A stretch of DNA of 63,907 bases, counting the filler, from Octopus bimaculoides (Eukaryota), in assembly GCF_001194135.2 (NCBI RefSeq). It is 6 parts of 6 records of this genome, joined end to end, with 100 filler letters (N's around TTAATTAATTAA, not from the genome) between each part and the next. Parts side by side here need not be neighbours in the genome. Positions count along the whole stretch, not along the records: positions 33,859 to 43,194 come from NC_068982.1; positions 43,295 to 57,876 come from NC_068986.1; 4 more parts are not named here. One strand, written 5' to 3'. Below the pieces are notes generated by a model. It saw only the letters and a program-made list of their open reading frames with translations, was not told the DNA's origin and made no database searches. Positions within the stretch are counted from its first letter, which is position 1. Each line of letters begins with the position of its first letter. Shown here piece by piece: positions 38,761 through 50,510 of this stretch. The position numbers and the translations under genes were made by a program.

Positions 38761-40786
38761 AACAACTACCGTCCCTTTGGTGACATCATTACACCCTGTA
38801 CCCCATCCATTACAACTTATTCTATTTAATATTAAGACCTGATTAGTAATATGGTCTCGTGACCATTTAGTCCCTACGATCACTTCTGTCTAACCCTGAA
38901 TAGCTAAACTTTATGTCTAGATAACATGTCTGTCTAGATATTTTTTCTCTACGTAATTCTTTCACACCTTTACATCTTGATGACTTTTCTGTCCAACTAA
39001 TTATTCCCCACCTAGTTAATTCATAACTTTACATTGTCCATCGTGTTTAGAAATTTGTGGATCAAACCCAAAATATTTTACATAGCAAATAATCTAAACT
39101 CACAACCCGGGCATAGCATACCTTTATTAATTTTTTATTTTCATATTCTAAAAATTTATTTTAATTTATTTATAACCATCTTATTCCTAACAGTATCTTA
39201 TCATACCCTTAGCTTATTGACTATACTTGTGAGATGCTAACCTGACTTTCTATTAAATACTGTGGCTGACCGACATGGATCAAGTTATTCATCCCTTGAC
39301 TTTGGTTTTGAATCATTGTAACCCATCGGAAATATTACACCATTTAGTTGCCATAACTTTAATATAATGAAATTTATCTTGCTTTTACCCCTAATAATAT
39401 TTATATAGCCAATTTAATCAAGTGTTATTTAATCTATCCTTCTTAAAGTCCTCTCTCGAGAGTTGACCATCTATAACCTATAATAAGAAATAATTATAAT
39501 TATAATAACCCTACAGATTATTATAATATATATCCACCCATTTCCACATTTTGTATCTTTTATATATGGTTAATATAAAATTATATTTTACATTTCTTAT
39601 TATTAGTGGATCTTTATTTTTCACACAAAACCTTATGTCTATTTTTACTATGCTTTTATACGAGGTTATTATTAACAACAGGTTTCACTCTCCTCTAATT
39701 ATAACGTATAACATCAAAAATCCTATATTCTTTTATTTTTAATATACACTTATTTATATGTTTTTAAATATTTCTCAATTATTTATACGTACTATTTAAT
39801 ATATCTTATCGTTACCCTCCCGTAATTTGGTGCGTATGTTCGAAAAACATTTTACTTTTATTTTATTGGCATCATAAATTTCATATATCTTTATTTTTAC
39901 CCGAATATTATTTATACACTGTATATTTCTTTAAAATTTTAATTTCCTTATTACTTTTATATCTTAAAGCACCTCTTTTTCTTATAGTTTTAAGTTTTTT
40001 TAAATCATTTACTTATATATAATTTTTAATTTCTCTTATTGCTATAATATCAAATCTCCGCTTAGATGTAGTAGGTTCGTTTTATTCCCATGCAATAATT
40101 CCCAGTCATAGTTTAGAGCTTTGTCCCCATAACACTTATTCAATCACCATTCAAAGTCTTTCCTTATTAATATCATGGTATTTAGTAACTCTTCGTCAGC
40201 CTTCTTTACTTACTTCTTTCTTTCTTTCTTCTCCTTATCCTCCCTATCTTATTCCCCTCTTTCTCTCTTGTTACTGCCATCTGCCTTGTCGACTTAAGAG
40301 GATAAAGTTTGTATATTGCTTACACCACAAACGACCTTGATAATTTAGTAGGTTGACCTGACAACTAATAATTTTCTTACCACTGACCAGTGAACATAAA
40401 GCAATTCCTTAATAAATAAACCTAGACTACTGAAGCCGAGCTATCTTCTCTTGTTAGAAGTAAAGATAAGTGAGTCACAAGAGTTAATTATTCCTTTTCA
40501 CTCCTAAAATCTCTACTAACCTCTAAATTTCTCTGTTATGATCAAATATACACTATTCTGGTAAATCCATCCTATCAACAGAAATAGTAGCATAATCGCT
40601 GTAAATATATTTGCTCGATGGATTTTAAACTATGTCAATTCATTTCAAATGTCCTTTATTTTGAATTTCATGAATTCATCTGACAAAAACGATTTCTTTA
40701 TAATGATGTAATGTTCTCATTAATCTATTAAAAGAGTCGTTAGAAACGGTCGTAATTGTTTGACATCTGTACCTCTGCTGTTACTC

Positions 40787-40948
40787 ACAGCGTGACTGTA
40801 TGGTAGGAAGCTTGCTTCCCAATCACACGGTTCCGGGTTCATTCCCACTGCGTAGCACCTTGGGCAAGCGTTGTCTTCTATAGCCTCGGGCCAACCAAAG
40901 CCTTGCGAGTGGATTTGGTAGAGGGAGACTGAAAGATACCTGCCGTGC

Positions 40949-40997
<49 letters not shown>

Positions 40998-41115
40998 CGT
41001 GTGTGTGTGCGTGCATGTGTTTTTGTGTGTATGTATGTATGTATATGTCAGAGTGTGTTTGTTTGTCCCTCCACCATCGCTTGACAACCGATGCTGGTGT
41101 ATTTACGTCCCTGTA
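40787..41115 (+). mobile_element. SINE family B, cut by gap
   Basis: tRNA-like head GGTTCCGGGTTCATTCCCACTGCG, GAGTGGATTTGGTAGA, (TG)n centre, CACCATCGCTTGACAACCGATGCTGG. Confidence 0.9.
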
Positions 41116-41284
41116 NNNNNNNNNNNNNNNNNNNNNNNNNNNNNNNNNNNNNNNNNNNNNNNNNNNNNNNNNNNNNNNNNNNNNNNNNNNNNNNNNNNNN
41201 NNNNNNNNNNNNNNNNNNNNNNNNNNNNNNNNNNNNNNNNNNNNNNNNNNNNNNNNNNNNNNNNNNNNNNNNNNNNNNNNNNNC

Positions 41285-41316
<32 letters not shown>

Positions 41317-42249
41317 TATGATATAACTATATATGATATAACTATATATGATATAACTGATATATATATATAATTCTCATACAAACAACATGGACTAAAA
41401 ACTCCTTAAGATAATACGAAATTACAATATTTTCACCAAGTCAATGTCATGATCAGCGAAACGCGAAACTGATAAACTATCATAATATTCTATCCTTTAA
41501 AATATATTAAAAATATATTAATTATGTGCAGTTTTCTTCTTTTGTTATGTATTTTTCAATACAACTCATGATTTGGGGAAAATATCTTTCACGAAATTCT
41601 TTACTATGTATATATATAAAGTACAAGTAAAGCGCCAGCTGTTCTGAGATTCATTACGCTCGTAAACGTCAGAAAATCAAATTATGCGGAAAGGGGATAG
41701 GAATTTTCGAAAGGAAAATTCTGATGGAAGGTTAAAGGAATTTTCGAATGAAATGAAAATAGTAAACTAATCATATATCTATCACATGTTGAATTAAATT
41801 ATATAGATATCACATGTTGAATAAAACTAAATGATGTATTTAGTATTTATTAATGAGATCAACATTGACTGTACCACCCTAATAATTTCATGAACCACAA
41901 AAATTGAGAAAGTTGAGTAAAATATTAAGCTACAGTTATGATAATTTACTGAACCCACATCATTGAGACAAATGAATAGACTAAATTGCACATGATGCAG
42001 ACTAAATAATTTATATTGTATATCATTACAGTAATGAAGAAGATGTTACATACATATCTCTAGCTCCTTCGCAGTATTAAAGTATTTGAATTTGCTTATA
42101 TGTGAACATAATAATAAAGAATTTCCCAGAATTTCGAAGTCGTTCTTTTTACAGAAAAATTTCAGAAATTTCATTAATTTTCAATAGTTCTGCTTTCCTT
42201 GTAAATATTTAGCTCTACACACTCTTGATTAAAATTTGCTGTGAGAAGA

Positions 42250-42700
42250 GAAGTGAGCACCTCATGAGCTGTCCTCGAGAATAAAGCAGTGCGTTCAACA
42301 ATTTGCTAATCAGGAATGAATAAGCACCTTTTCTTAATCGACGATAAATGGGTAGTCTTGCCGTCCATAAATCTAAGAAACAGTTGTTATCGCCAAATGA
42401 AGATCCAGTTTTAACACCCAAACGAGGCCTACAACCAATGAAGAGGATTCTGCTGAGCATTTGGCGGAATACAATAGATATTGTTCACTTTGAATTATCG
42501 TAGCAAGGGCAAAACATCAGTGTAGAACTTTATTGTCAATAACTTGAATGTGTCTGTAAATTTGTTGACCCCTAAAGCAGTTCTTATCCACAGAAAGGGA
42601 GTAATCCTGCAACATGATAATGCAGGGCCACATTCAGTGAAGGAAACACTAGAAAAGATAAATTCATTAGATTGGACTTGTATTTTATCTTTCCTTGAAA
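42250..42700 (+). pseudogene. mariner transposase catalytic-domain fragment
   Basis: PHELS, LL.RNE..PFL, DKWV, TPKRGL.P..ILLSIW, IVHFEL..GQ.I..ELYCQ, RKGVILQHDNAGPH. Confidence 0.9.
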
Positions 42701-43238
42701 GATGTAATATGAGTTTGACTTCCGTGTGATGTGAACTCGGAGGTTCTCCTACAGCAGGATTATAATTATTAAATACATTCTGGAGATTATTTTTCAACGA
42801 GGCAATGTTTTAATCATATTTTGAATAAATATTTTCATCTTCATAACTAGTCCCATGTTTTATTTCTGTTTATAGTTTAATTTTTAGAAATGACTACACA
42901 TAAATTCAAAACAAAAATAGATTAGATAACTAGTCTCGGTAAATTTGGAAATATAACATAGATAACAAACAAAAATAAATATATTCCAATAACTTTTATT
43001 CACTACATATCTTTCTGTTTACATCAATATTTATTTACTCTGTTGCATTGTTTTGATACAGGGCTATCAGCAAACACATGAAAATTGTTTTTTTTTAAAT
43101 CCTAATATCTGTTCAAAATATTTGCTATTGTGTCCTGAAAAATATAATAAAAATCACGTTATAAAAACAAAAAGGCAGAAACGACCCCCCCCCCNNNNNN
43201 NNNNNNNNNNNNNNNNNNNNNNNNNNNNNNNNNNNNNN

Positions 43239-43250
43239 TTAATTAATTAA
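43239..43250. other. artificial six-frame-stop linker
   Basis: TTAATTAATTAA with 44 N each side. Confidence 0.95.
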
Positions 43251-43374
43251 NNNNNNNNNNNNNNNNNNNNNNNNNNNNNNNNNNNNNNNNNNNNGGAGGG
43301 GGTGGGAGGGCGGGTTACCGCCAGCGAGTAGAGAGGGCTCTTAATTGTAGATTTTAAATATTTGAGAGACAGTG

Positions 43375-43409
<35 letters not shown>

Positions 43410-43425
43410 ATGAGGACAACAAATA

Positions 43426-43592
43426 TGTATAATTATTAAAGAGGACAATTATATATCCGCTATATCGGAAATCTGCAAAGGCTCCATAACTACCATCTTG
43501 GCTATAACCTTCGAGCCCTTGTAATCTGTTACAGCACTTACCTAGTGTACCTAATCGTTTAGATCACCTGTGAACTAAACCCCCATACTTTG
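43426..43592 (+). mobile_element. 5' fragment of the LTR-like repeat at 45874-46305
   Basis: Colinear with 45874-46041, roughly 85 percent identical by eye. Confidence 0.8.
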
Positions 43593-43805
43593 TATACATG
43601 CGTGTGTGTGTGTGTTTGTGTTTGTCTTCAACCAATACCACTTGACAACTGGTGTTGGTTTGTTTACAACTGTGTAACTTAGAGGTTTGACATAAGAGAC
43701 CAGGCTTAAAAAATAAGTACTGGGTCCAATTTGTTCAACTGAACCCTTCAAGGTAGTGCCCCAGCATGGTCGCAATCCAATGACTGAAACAAATTAAAGA
43801 TAAAC
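43593..43805 (+). mobile_element. SINE family B, 3' half
   Basis: CACTTGACAACTGGTGTTGG...AAGTACTGGG...GGTAGTGCCCCAGCATGG...TGACTGAAAC. Confidence 0.85.
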
Positions 43806-44253
43806 GGTACATAATGTCACTGAATATTGACTAAACAAATAAGAAATGGTTTATTTGTTTTAATAGACTTTATTTGTGAGCATGGAATGTGGAAATAAAT
43901 ACACTGTTGTCAATATTTAATGTAGCATGCCACCACCGGTCAGGAAAATAAATGGCCTGAAAAAGAAAACGAGAGAAAGATATAATAATTAATGGTACTC
44001 AAATGACGGTGACATGTCAAATGTATGCTTGTTGCAAATGAGTGTTTGTTAGAATTATTGACATTAAATGAACATAAGGGAATGTTATGTCACATCTATA
44101 ATTTGTTTGTTCGTTAAATGTTCGCTTTTGTTTTTCTATGCTAGCATCTTCTACTACGGTTTTAGGCTGACCAAAGTCTTCTGAGCAGATTTAGTACATA
44201 GAAACTGGAAGAAGCAAGTCGTGTGTGTGTGTGAGTGTGTATATATATATATA

Positions 44254-44446
44254 TACAAGGGTAAAGGTGACGCCCTAGACACAAACAATTACAGAGATAT
44301 TAAGTTGTTGGACCAGGTAATGAAGGTCACAGAGAGGGTCATAGCCCAACAAATTAGGGAGAGAATCAGTTTAGATGAGATGCAGTTTGGGTTCGTTCCA
44401 GGAAAAAACACCACTGATGCTGACGTTAAACGATGATGATGATGAT
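44254..44446 (+). pseudogene. RTE LINE RT fragment fused to an RTE-type tail
   Basis: Uninterrupted YKGKGDALDTNNYRDIKLLDQVMKVTERVI...QFGFVPGKNTTDA, then GACGTTAAACGATGATGATG. Confidence 0.9.
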
Positions 44447-44487
44447 ATATATGTTATAATTTAGGACAAACAGTAAAAAGTTGTTGT

Positions 44488-44621
44488 TATAGTACTCGGA
44501 GTTTCGAATATCGGAGCAAAGAGCTATGATGCATTCACGCCGGCTATTAATGGCAACCTTAAAAGCTGACAAGAATGCATTGCAGCTCTTCGCTCTGACA
44601 TTCGAAATTCCAAGTACTATA
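44488..44621. mobile_element. MITE with about 48-bp TIRs
   Basis: TA|TAGTACTCGGAGTTTCGAATATCGGAGC...GATGCATTC inverted at 44573-44619; TA flanks. Confidence 0.85.
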
Positions 44622-44713
44622 ATGACTTTTTACTGTTTGTCCTAAATTATAACATATATAAATAATCCACTATTTATCTAATACCAAGGTCTCATTCTTT
44701 TGTTGTTACTTTT

Positions 44714-44753
<40 letters not shown>

Positions 44754-44929
44754 GAAAAAAGAAAAAAAAAATGACTTCGATGGCAGTTCTTATCAGTTTA
44801 ATTTATTACTTTTAGAATTTTTTAATAATATAAATTTTAGTTCATAGATCTAGTAAGTTCATTGTTAACTTGGGTGTGGAGAATTAAAAACAAAAATTTT
44901 CTTGTTAACTTGGAGAACTTTCTCCCATT

Positions 44930-45050
44930 CATTGTCAACATCAGATAACATTGGTGGCATGGAGAGGGGAGACTGGTATGCATGGGTGACTCGGAGAGGA
45001 ACTTTCTAGGTTTGATCCCATGGTGATTCATGACTAAAGGGGGGGGGGGT
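44930..45050 (+). mobile_element. short interspersed repeat fragment
   Basis: GATAACATTGGTGGCATGGAGAGGGGAGACTGG...CCCATGGT.ATTCATGAC resembles a repeat I associate with octopus DNA; single copy here. Confidence 0.4.
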
Positions 45051-45104
45051 CTTTATATATATGTATGTATGTATATGTATGTGCATGCATGTGTGTGTGT
45101 GTGT

Positions 45105-45290
45105 GTGTATGGTATGGTTGCATGGCTAAGATACTTGCTCCCCAATCATGTGGTTTCAGGTTCAGTCCCTCAACATGGTAGCTTGGGCAAGTGTCTTCCA
45201 GTACAGCTCTGAGTCGATCGAAGCCTTGTGAGTAGATTTAGTCAAGGGTAACTGAAACTTTTTGTGCATGTGTGTGTGTGTGAATTCATA
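45105..45290 (+). mobile_element. SINE family B head
   Basis: GGTTTCAGGTTCAGTCCC, AAGCCTTGTGAGTAGATTT. Confidence 0.8.
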
Positions 45291-45479
45291 TTTCCATTCA
45301 CATCCACATGTGTTCATTAGCTGTAAATAATAGCCTTGCTAGAAAACTATCATTTACTTGCAGTCCACTGCAAAAGCTTGTCCAGATTTCTCAACATGTC
45401 TCAATATGCTGTGCAATCTCTCTGAACAAAATGTTCATTAATACAGCGTCATTTACTTCCATTGCTCTGCATAAAACAA

Positions 45480-45740
45480 ATCTGGGCTTTTTCTTGTTTG
45501 ATAGACTGGGGTTATCATCTCAGTTGGAAACAAATGAGGGACAGCAACAGGAAGGGTATTTGACCGTAGAAAACCTCTGCCTCAGCTTATTCTTGCTTGA
45601 TCCAAAATGTTAAGATGATGATGATGGTGGTGAGATTATGTTGTGGTGATGATGATGATGATGATGATGGTGGTTGTGGTGATGATGATGATGATGATGA
45701 TGGTGGTTGTGGTGATGATTATGATGACAGTGGTGCTGAT
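45480..45740 (+). mobile_element. RTE-tailed repeat ending in expanded (GAT/GGT)n
   Basis: CAACAGGAAGGG....GACCGTAGAAAA shared with 47030-47206; GAT-rich tail. Confidence 0.6.
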
Positions 45741-45873
45741 TTAAATGCATAAATGTCTTCCTTTGCTTATAAAATTATTTTGAATGCTGTAAAAAGCACC
45801 ATCCGAATGTGGTCGATGCCAGTGTCCCCTGACTGGTTCCCGTGCCGGTGGCATGTAAAAGGCACCCACTACA

Positions 45874-46305
45874 TGTATAATTGTTAAAGAGGACAATTAT
45901 ATAACCGTTATATCAGAAATCTGCAATGTCTTCATAACTACCATCTTGGCTATAACCTTGGAGCCTTAGTAATCCGTTATAGCACTTACCTAGCATACCT
46001 AATTGTTTAGATTACCTGTAAACTAAACCCCCCATACTTTGGATCTGGGATAAAATGATAATGACAATAACTACTACTCACTTGACCAGGACTAATTGTA
46101 CATTCGAAAGGTCGATCCTCTGGTTTAAGGGAAGGATAATGTTGTATGAGCCACTGCAGGGTTGTTTGGTTAGGATGAAAATCTGGGACCTTATCTGGGG
46201 GATATAAGAACCATCTCTGGAAAAAGAAATAGAAATAAAAATACTGTTGTAAACAGAAATAAAATAAAAGACAAACATATACAGAAGTTAGAATGGGATC
46301 CTACA
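45874..46305 (+). mobile_element. solo-LTR-like element, 432 bp
   Basis: TGTATAA...CCTACA ends, GATATAAGA, AATAAAA signals near 3' end; second partial copy at 43426. Confidence 0.6.
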
Positions 46306-47029
46306 TTGATAAAACTCAATATGATAGTACTTCTTATAAATAATGCTATTAAATTTTCAATGTATTATTTTAGGGTCATCAGCATCATCATTCATCATCA
46401 TTGTCAGTGCCATCGTCATCATTGTTGTCATCATCAAAACCACCACCACCACCACTATGATCGTCTAACAAGCATAGGTGTGTGTGAGTGTGTGTGTGCA
46501 TGTGTGTGTGTGTGTGTGTGTGTGTGTTTGTGTGTCCTTGTTTTGAAATCATGTGACAGTTATAAATGAGCTTCACTGTCATACAAGTAGTCGGCGCTGG
46601 ATTAACCATTAAGCAAAATAAGCATGTGCTTAGGGCATCAAGGAAGGAGGGGGGCACCATAGAAATGGTAAATGGTTTACGGCACAAAAGAAATCACTTT
46701 AAACTTGCTAAAACAATATTTGGGATGCCTTTATCTCTACTAAGTATAGATGCAGATGTATTTATTACCTGAGATTAATTTTGAGGATCTGATCAATTCA
46801 AGAAAGTAGGAGGAAACTTTTCAAATATAAATAAAGTGGAAATATACAAAAATAAACATTATTTTCCCTCTCACATTTTTGTTTCGTTTTGAAAAATAAA
46901 AATTTATTTTATGGTTTGTTACTGTTTATATTTTGAATTACATAATCTTTTATGGGAGCACCAAAATCTTTTAAGTGCTAAGGGCCTCGATGGATCTTAA
47001 TCTGGTCCTACAAGTAGTGTCCTCCATTT

Positions 47030-47206
47030 TCAATCTTTTATGGAAATATGTCCAGTCATGGAGAAATATTACCATGCTTGGAAACAGGTGAGGGTTGGCA
47101 ACAACAGGAAGGGTGTCTGGCCATAGAAAATCCACCTCAATGAATTCTGTCAGAACCGTGTGAGCACAGAAACGTGGAGATTAAAATGATGATGACGATG
47201 ATGATG
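47030..47206 (+). mobile_element. RTE-tailed short repeat
   Basis: TTGGAAACAGGTGAGGGTTGGCAAC..CAGGAAGGG...GTGGA..TTAAAATGATGATG. Confidence 0.7.
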
Positions 47207-48127
47207 ACTCTCCAAGACAGTATGGGGTAGCTCAGTCTCACACTATTTAGTCACTCATCGTCTTTTGTACATCTTGTATTCTCAGTAAAAGAGAAATCTG
47301 CCAACGTTTGTTGTAACCTCAAGTTTCGGCTAAATATTCCTGGTTGAGTGCCCTTCTTAACATCAGCATTTTACATTGTAGACTGGATGCATTTTATTAT
47401 AGCTAATATAAAATAATTTATACATGCAGAAAATTATATTGCATATTTTGAAATATTAATACACATATTGACACAAATATAATTGCTACCATTGCAGTCA
47501 CAACATTAAAAGGTCACATTCCTCAAAAGTGAAGTTCTGTAAAGCTAAATACACTTTTCTTTCAAACACCTCGTCAGAAATTCTCACAGAAAAATGAAAA
47601 AGAAAAAAAGTGAAAAAAAGAAAAGAGCTTAAAAATATATCAAAATAAAACTGAAAAATATATTAACAACAGATTTATTTTATTGACATTTCCAGAAAGC
47701 AAACAAATTATATTTATCAAAGCAATTGAGAAACATATTTTGAACTTTATACAAAGTTATCTCAAAGTTACAGAGATATTCAGCATTAAGAATTTACGTG
47801 AACCAGCTACTTGATTATTTTATCGCATAGAAAGACTAAGGGTGGTAAAGAAAATATTACACACAAATAATTTATGGATCCTTTATTAGGAAAGCAAACA
47901 AGAAGAAATTAGAATGTAACATATCATTGAAGTTTACATACCCTGGCTACAACACGTACATTATATAAAAGTAGGTGCTACTGGCTATTCTTACTACCTC
48001 ATAAACAGGTAAAATTCTCAACCAAAGCAGTGTCACTCAACCTGTTAGAAACACCAGCTAAATCTCCCTACCAGTTTTATAAAGAGAAAGAACCATGTAA
48101 TCACAAAATAATATAATTCCAGATGTC

Positions 48128-48508
48128 TTAACCATTTTGCTACCACAGCTTGCAAAGACTTATTGGGGCAAGTGAATGGCACCTGTGCCCAGGGTCGCCT
48201 TTCTGGCACTTGTGCCCGTGACATGTGTAAGGATTTTCGAGCGAGATCGTTGCCAGTACCCCTGGACTAGCTCTTGTGCGGGTGGCACATAAAACACACC
48301 ACTTTGAGCATGGCCGTTGCCAGTACCGCCTGACTGGCCTTCGTGCGGGTGACACATAAAAGCACCCACTACACTCTCTGAGTGGTTGGCGTTAGGAAGG
48401 GCATCCAGCTGTAGAAACTTTGCCAAATCAGATTGGAGCCTGGTGTAGCCATCTGGTTTCACCAGTCCTCAGTCAAATCGTCTAACCCATGGAAAGCGGA
48501 TGTTAAAC

Positions 48509-48540
<32 letters not shown>

Positions 48541-48729
48541 CCATTTAAATTCTCTGCCTGTCTTTCAATTATTTTTGAAAATGAAGAATTTAGTAAAATA
48601 ACTGTTGCTATTAAGCTAATGCTTGGAACATAAAACTTCTGTGAGATTTTGAAGGAAGGTTTTAATTTAGATCAGTTTAAAACAAGAAGTCCATATCAAA
48701 GAACAAGGGCTGGTATTGAGAGGCTTCAA
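48128..48729. mobile_element. piggyBac-like MITE interrupted by an RTE-tailed element
   Basis: TTAA|CCATTTTG start; body shared with 50358-50457 and 51488-51750 (TAGTAAAATA, GAAGGTTTTA.TTTAGATCAGTTTAA, ATCA.AGAAC.AAG). Termini degenerate. Confidence 0.5.
48145..48538 (+). mobile_element. non-autonomous RTE-tailed element family E
   Basis: Internal TTGCCAGTAC repeats, GGAAGGGCATCCAGCTGTAGAAAC, tail GGAAAGCGGA.GTTAAACGATGATG; homologous to 54912 and 57325. Confidence 0.9.
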
Positions 48730-48904
48730 CAAAGATAGGATGACAACAACATAAATAACTTTGATGATAAGTCTATTTTTACAGAGATACAATGTAGTGT
48801 TGAAGATGGCATATGTACCTGTACTCACAGCTGTCATGCTAACATTCTCATGATTCAATCAGTGGAAATTTCAAGAGAAATAAAGTTACAGAAAGAGTCA
48901 TTAT

Positions 48905-49298
48905 TTTTTTTTTTATTTACCAAGGCCTAATTTCCCATAGGAGTGGGTAGTCACAAGACATACACCGGCCATTCCATTCATGTCCCAGCTCAAAGAGGCG
49001 AGCCCTGTCCTATGCTTGGGTTAAGGCATAGAAAGTAAACCCCTGATATCAGCAGCAGGGCCCAACAGCATATGCTGGTTTACTCCTGCCACACCATGCT
49101 GGTTCCATACCCCTTTGAACATCAAATTCACTCATCCGTCCACAAACACTCTCCCAGATTTCCTATCATTTATAAACTCTCTTGCCTCTCTCACTCCAAC
49201 ACCTCCAACCACCAAAGCTTTCCTCACACCATCCATCCATACGAACTGAGCTCTGCCTTTGGTGCTGTTGCCTACCACTTTTGCCTTCATCACCCTGG
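48905..49298 (-). pseudogene. RTE LINE 3' end (C-terminus, 3' UTR, A-rich tail)
   Basis: RVMKAKVVGNSTKGRAQFVWMDGVRKAL...VREARE...NDRKSGR..V* matches the RTE C-terminal GRPxxxWMDGV pattern; stop at 49132-49134. Confidence 0.75.
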
Positions 49299-49590
49299 GT
49301 GATGAGTCCTGGGTATGAGTCTAAATTACATCTGGTAGTGGGACCCTGGGGCCCTGGTTTCAGGATTTGAGGAGTGTCGAGCAACCTCTTAGCCACTATT
49401 GTTCCCAGGTCTACTCTGGCTCAGAGTGGTAGCACCTGTAAGGGTCCCAGCTATGGTTTAACTAGCACCCCCCCCCTATGACTGGGGAGGGGGACCGGTA
49501 GAATGCAGTCACTGTATTCCCTGCATAGCGTAAGAAGCGACTAAAAGGGGCGGGGGCGAAAGAACTGGGAATCCCCTCCTCCTAGTAATT
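49297..49590 (+). mobile_element. GC-rich repeat segment, possibly retroelement 5' UTR or SINE body
   Basis: GTCCTGGGTATGA...CCCAGGTCTACTCTGG...GAGTGGTAGCACCTG then CCCTGCATAGCGTAAGAAGCGACTAAAAGGGG; classification is from memory of similar invertebrate repeats. Confidence 0.45.
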
Positions 49591-50079
49591 TCTGCTTCCT
49601 AAAAAGACAAGGAAAAAAAGAAAGGGTCATTGCTTAACTAATCAGGAAAAAAGTTTGCCTAATCAAAGCTCACTCACAATCCAACACCCTCATCACCCAC
49701 TGCAGATCCCTCACTCTTCCTCATATGCCGATCTGCACACTCTCCATGGCTTTACATATCTACCATATCCACCTCCTAGTCACTCCAATTCCTCTAACCA
49801 TCATTTGCTATCTTTACATATCTCTCCTCACACTCTTATAGAACGTTTCTATCCCTTCTGTACTACTTATACTCCCACCACCACTATTCCCTGTGGGTAG
49901 GCCCTCTCTCTCTCTCTTTCTCTCTCCCCTACCGCCCACTCCTTCCTTGTTCTATTAGGGTAGCCAAGTATCTACTCTGTAATAAGACAGCTATCTCTGT
50001 CCTGCTATCATATTCCAACCTTCCACCAACCACATGGCCACTTCTCAGTTCCATTCTGTCTCTCAGCTGAGAGGCCCTT

Positions 50080-50358
50080 GTCTTGCAAGTTCCTTGGCAA
50101 CCTTGTAGGTGTTGGTGTCATATAAAAAACACCCATGCCGGCACCATGTAAAAAGCACCTGTGCTGGTGCTACATATAAAGTACCTGGTACACTTTGTAA
50201 AGGGGTTGGGATGAGGAAGGGCATTCAGCTATAGAAACTGTGTCAATACAGACAGGGGGAACCTGGTGCAGCTCTCTGGCTTGCCAGCTCCTGTCAAACC
50301 ATCTAAACAAAGCCAGCATGGAAAACAGATGTTAGATAATAATGATGAAGATGATGAT
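50080..50358 (+). mobile_element. family E-related element, diverged
   Basis: TAAAAAGCACC repeats, GGAAGGGCATTCAGCTATAGAAAC, GCCAGCATGGAAAACAGATGTT. Confidence 0.75.
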
Positions 50359-50510
50359 CAACTGTTTTGTTATTATATTTCTGTTGAAATACACTTCAGC
50401 AAAATCGTATCATAGAACCAAGGGCAGTCTCAGAAAAGTGGGTATCAAGAGGATTAAACAAAGACAGGATGGTAATGAATGACTTTTTTCATAAGTCTGT
50501 TTATGAAGCA

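Noticed and set aside
39260-39340. CTGACCGA...TCGGAAA as a hammerhead after the second Penelope remnant
   Set aside because: Core spacing is wrong and the GA would be base-paired; no stem III or cleavage triplet.
49297-49330. TGATGAGTCC as a hammerhead core
   Set aside because: Preceded by G rather than C and no GGACGAAA partner downstream.
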